A DNA stretch of 48,978 bases from a virus (Duplodnaviria > Caudoviricetes). The translations under genes and the position numbers were made by a program. Shown here piece by piece: positions 47,667-48,978 of the stretch. Location: IMG/VR virus record IMGVR_UViG_3300032257_000021, positions 1 through 48,978 of that record. One strand, 5' to 3'. The notes below the pieces were generated by a model. It made no database searches, was not told the origin of the DNA, and saw nothing but the letters and a program-made list of their open reading frames with translations. Numbering within the stretch: the stretch's first letter is position 1; every line of letters starts with the position of its first letter.

Positions 47667-47997
47667 TAATATAACACCCTACGAAATACAAAGCATTAAA
47701 GAGGGGCTTTATAGACAGCTGAAGACGAGGCTAAAAGAAGATGTTAGGGACGCTATATCACCTGATGCTACAACAAAGGCCCAGACTGCCACCGGAAGAA
47801 TAAAAAATATCAGGGGAATACACCCTTACATAAGCAGCTATACAGTGACACCAGCACCAAATATGCCATTTGCTTGGGCAGATGTTAGTGCGATTATAAC
47901 ACGTTATAATGTAGAAGACTTAGCTGACTTAGAGAAAAGACTAGATGCATTTGACAAATTGAAAGGGTTTTTAGGAGAATTGAATGAGCAGGATTGA
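47659..47997 (+). CDS. Hypothetical protein
   Basis: GGAG upstream of ATG; overlaps the previous gene. Confidence 0.55.
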   Translation: MSSNITPYEIQSIKEGLYRQLKTRLKEDVRDAISPDATTKAQTATGRIKNIRGIHPYISSYTVTPAPNMPFAWADVSAIITRYNVEDLADLEKRLDAFDKLKGFLGELNEQD

Positions 47998-48018
47998 TAC
48001 AATAGGACAGAAGGGAGA

Positions 48019-48978
48019 ATGGCATTGAACGATTATAGCAAATATATTCATACAAGTAGGTATGCTAGATATTTAGATGAGAAAGGTAGACGAGAGACGT
48101 GGGAGGAAACCGTTGCTAGATACTGTGACTACTTCTATGAGCAGATGGGTTCTACAAGAGGTGAGCTAGAGACTGCCATTACAAGCATGGAAGTGATGCC
48201 TTCTATGCGCTCCTTAATGACCGCAGGGAAGGCTCTAGATAGAGATAATATAGCAGGATATAATTGTAGCTATTTAGCTGTTGATAATGTACGGGCCTTT
48301 GATGAGGCCATGTACATATTAATGTGTGGAACTGGTGTTGGTTTCTCTGTTGAGAGACAGTATATTAGTAAGCTACCAGAAGTAGCAGAGGACTTTCATG
48401 ACACAGACACAACAATCGTTGTTGCAGATAGTAAAGTGGGCTGGGCTAAAGCCTACAAAGAGCTCTTACAGCTTCTGTTCGCTGGTCAAATCCCCTCATG
48501 GGATGTGTCTAAGGTTCGCCCAGCAGGTGCACGACTCAAGACATTTGGAGGAAGAGCATCAGGGCCAGACCCATTGGTAGACCTGTTTAGATTTAGTGTA
48601 GAAGTGATAAGAAATGCAGCAGGACGTAAGCTGACAAGCATTGAGTGTCACGATCTTATGTGTAAAGTGGCTGACATTGTAGTTGTTGGTGGTGTAAGAC
48701 GTTCAGCATTGATAAGTCTTTCCAATCTCACTGATGAACGAATGTCTAAAGCTAAGCATGGACAATGGTGGGAAGACAATGGACAGAGAGCATTGGCTAA
48801 TAATTCTGTATGCTATACAGAGAAGCCAGACATTGGTATTTTCATGAAAGAATGGAGGAGTTTATATGAATCAAAATCAGGAGAGCGAGGCATTTTCTCA
48901 AGGGAAGCTGCTAGAAATGTCGCTGAGAGAAACGGTAGAAGGGATGCGTCTTTTGAATTTGGAACTAACCCGTGTTCC
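48019..48978 (+). CDS. nrdJ: Class II ribonucleotide reductase, 5' part (missed by ORF track because it runs off the end)
   Basis: ATG 48019 MALNDYSKYIHTSRYAR...RETWEETV, MPSMR, YNC, GTGVGFS, GGVRRSA, RALANNS; continues at nt 2. Confidence 0.93.
   Translation, partial: MALNDYSKYIHTSRYARYLDEKGRRETWEETVARYCDYFYEQMGSTRGELETAITSMEVMPSMRSLMTAGKALDRDNIAGYNCSYLAVDNVRAFDEAMYILMCGTGVGFSVERQYISKLPEVAEDFHDTDTTIVVADSKVGWAKAYKELLQLLFAGQIPSWDVSKVRPAGARLKTFGGRASGPDPLVDLFRFSVEVIRNAAGRKLTSIECHDLMCKVADIVVVGGVRRSALISLSNLTDERMSKAKHGQWWEDNGQRALANNSVCYTEKPDIGIFMKEWRSLYESKSGERGIFSREAARNVAERNGRRDASFEFGTNPCS
48852..48978. repeat. Terminal 127-nt direct repeat copy
   Basis: Identical to 1-127. Confidence 0.95.

Overview
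The window is an apparently complete, circularly assembled lytic podovirus genome of 48,851 bp; the last 127 nt repeat the first 127 nt. Its architecture is Zobellviridae/SIO1-VpV262-like (inference from gene content and order). It has two convergent arms that meet at a terminator near 2.03 kb and diverge from a non-coding region at about 31.9-32.85 kb, the likely physical termini. The + arm (32.85 kb through the junction to 2.0 kb) holds early genes, a CobT-like VWA/CobS-like AAA+ pair, primase, helicase, a split family-A DNA polymerase, SSB, exonuclease, HNH, metallophosphoesterase and a class II (B12) ribonucleotide reductase. The - arm (31.86 to 2.04 kb) holds terminase, three tailspikes, portal, scaffold, capsid, tail, internal virion proteins, accessory fibres and lysis genes. 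I see no RNA polymerase or integrase; consensus sigma70 promoters are present. Most notable: (1) a palindrome TTATAAC-N2/3-GTTATAA occurring about 14 times only in the early/replication arm, over promoters and inside genes, with a candidate ribbon-helix-helix protein gene flanked by it; (2) a dense cluster of host-factor sites (DnaA, Fur, sigma54, IHF) at the predicted terminus; (3) PolA split by an acidic mini-gene; (4) a tailspike with an ATC start; (5) a stand-alone NAD-ligase OB-fold protein; (6) an orphan tRNA 3' end; (7) CCWGG avoidance. All protein calls come from motif recognition by eye, not database searches.
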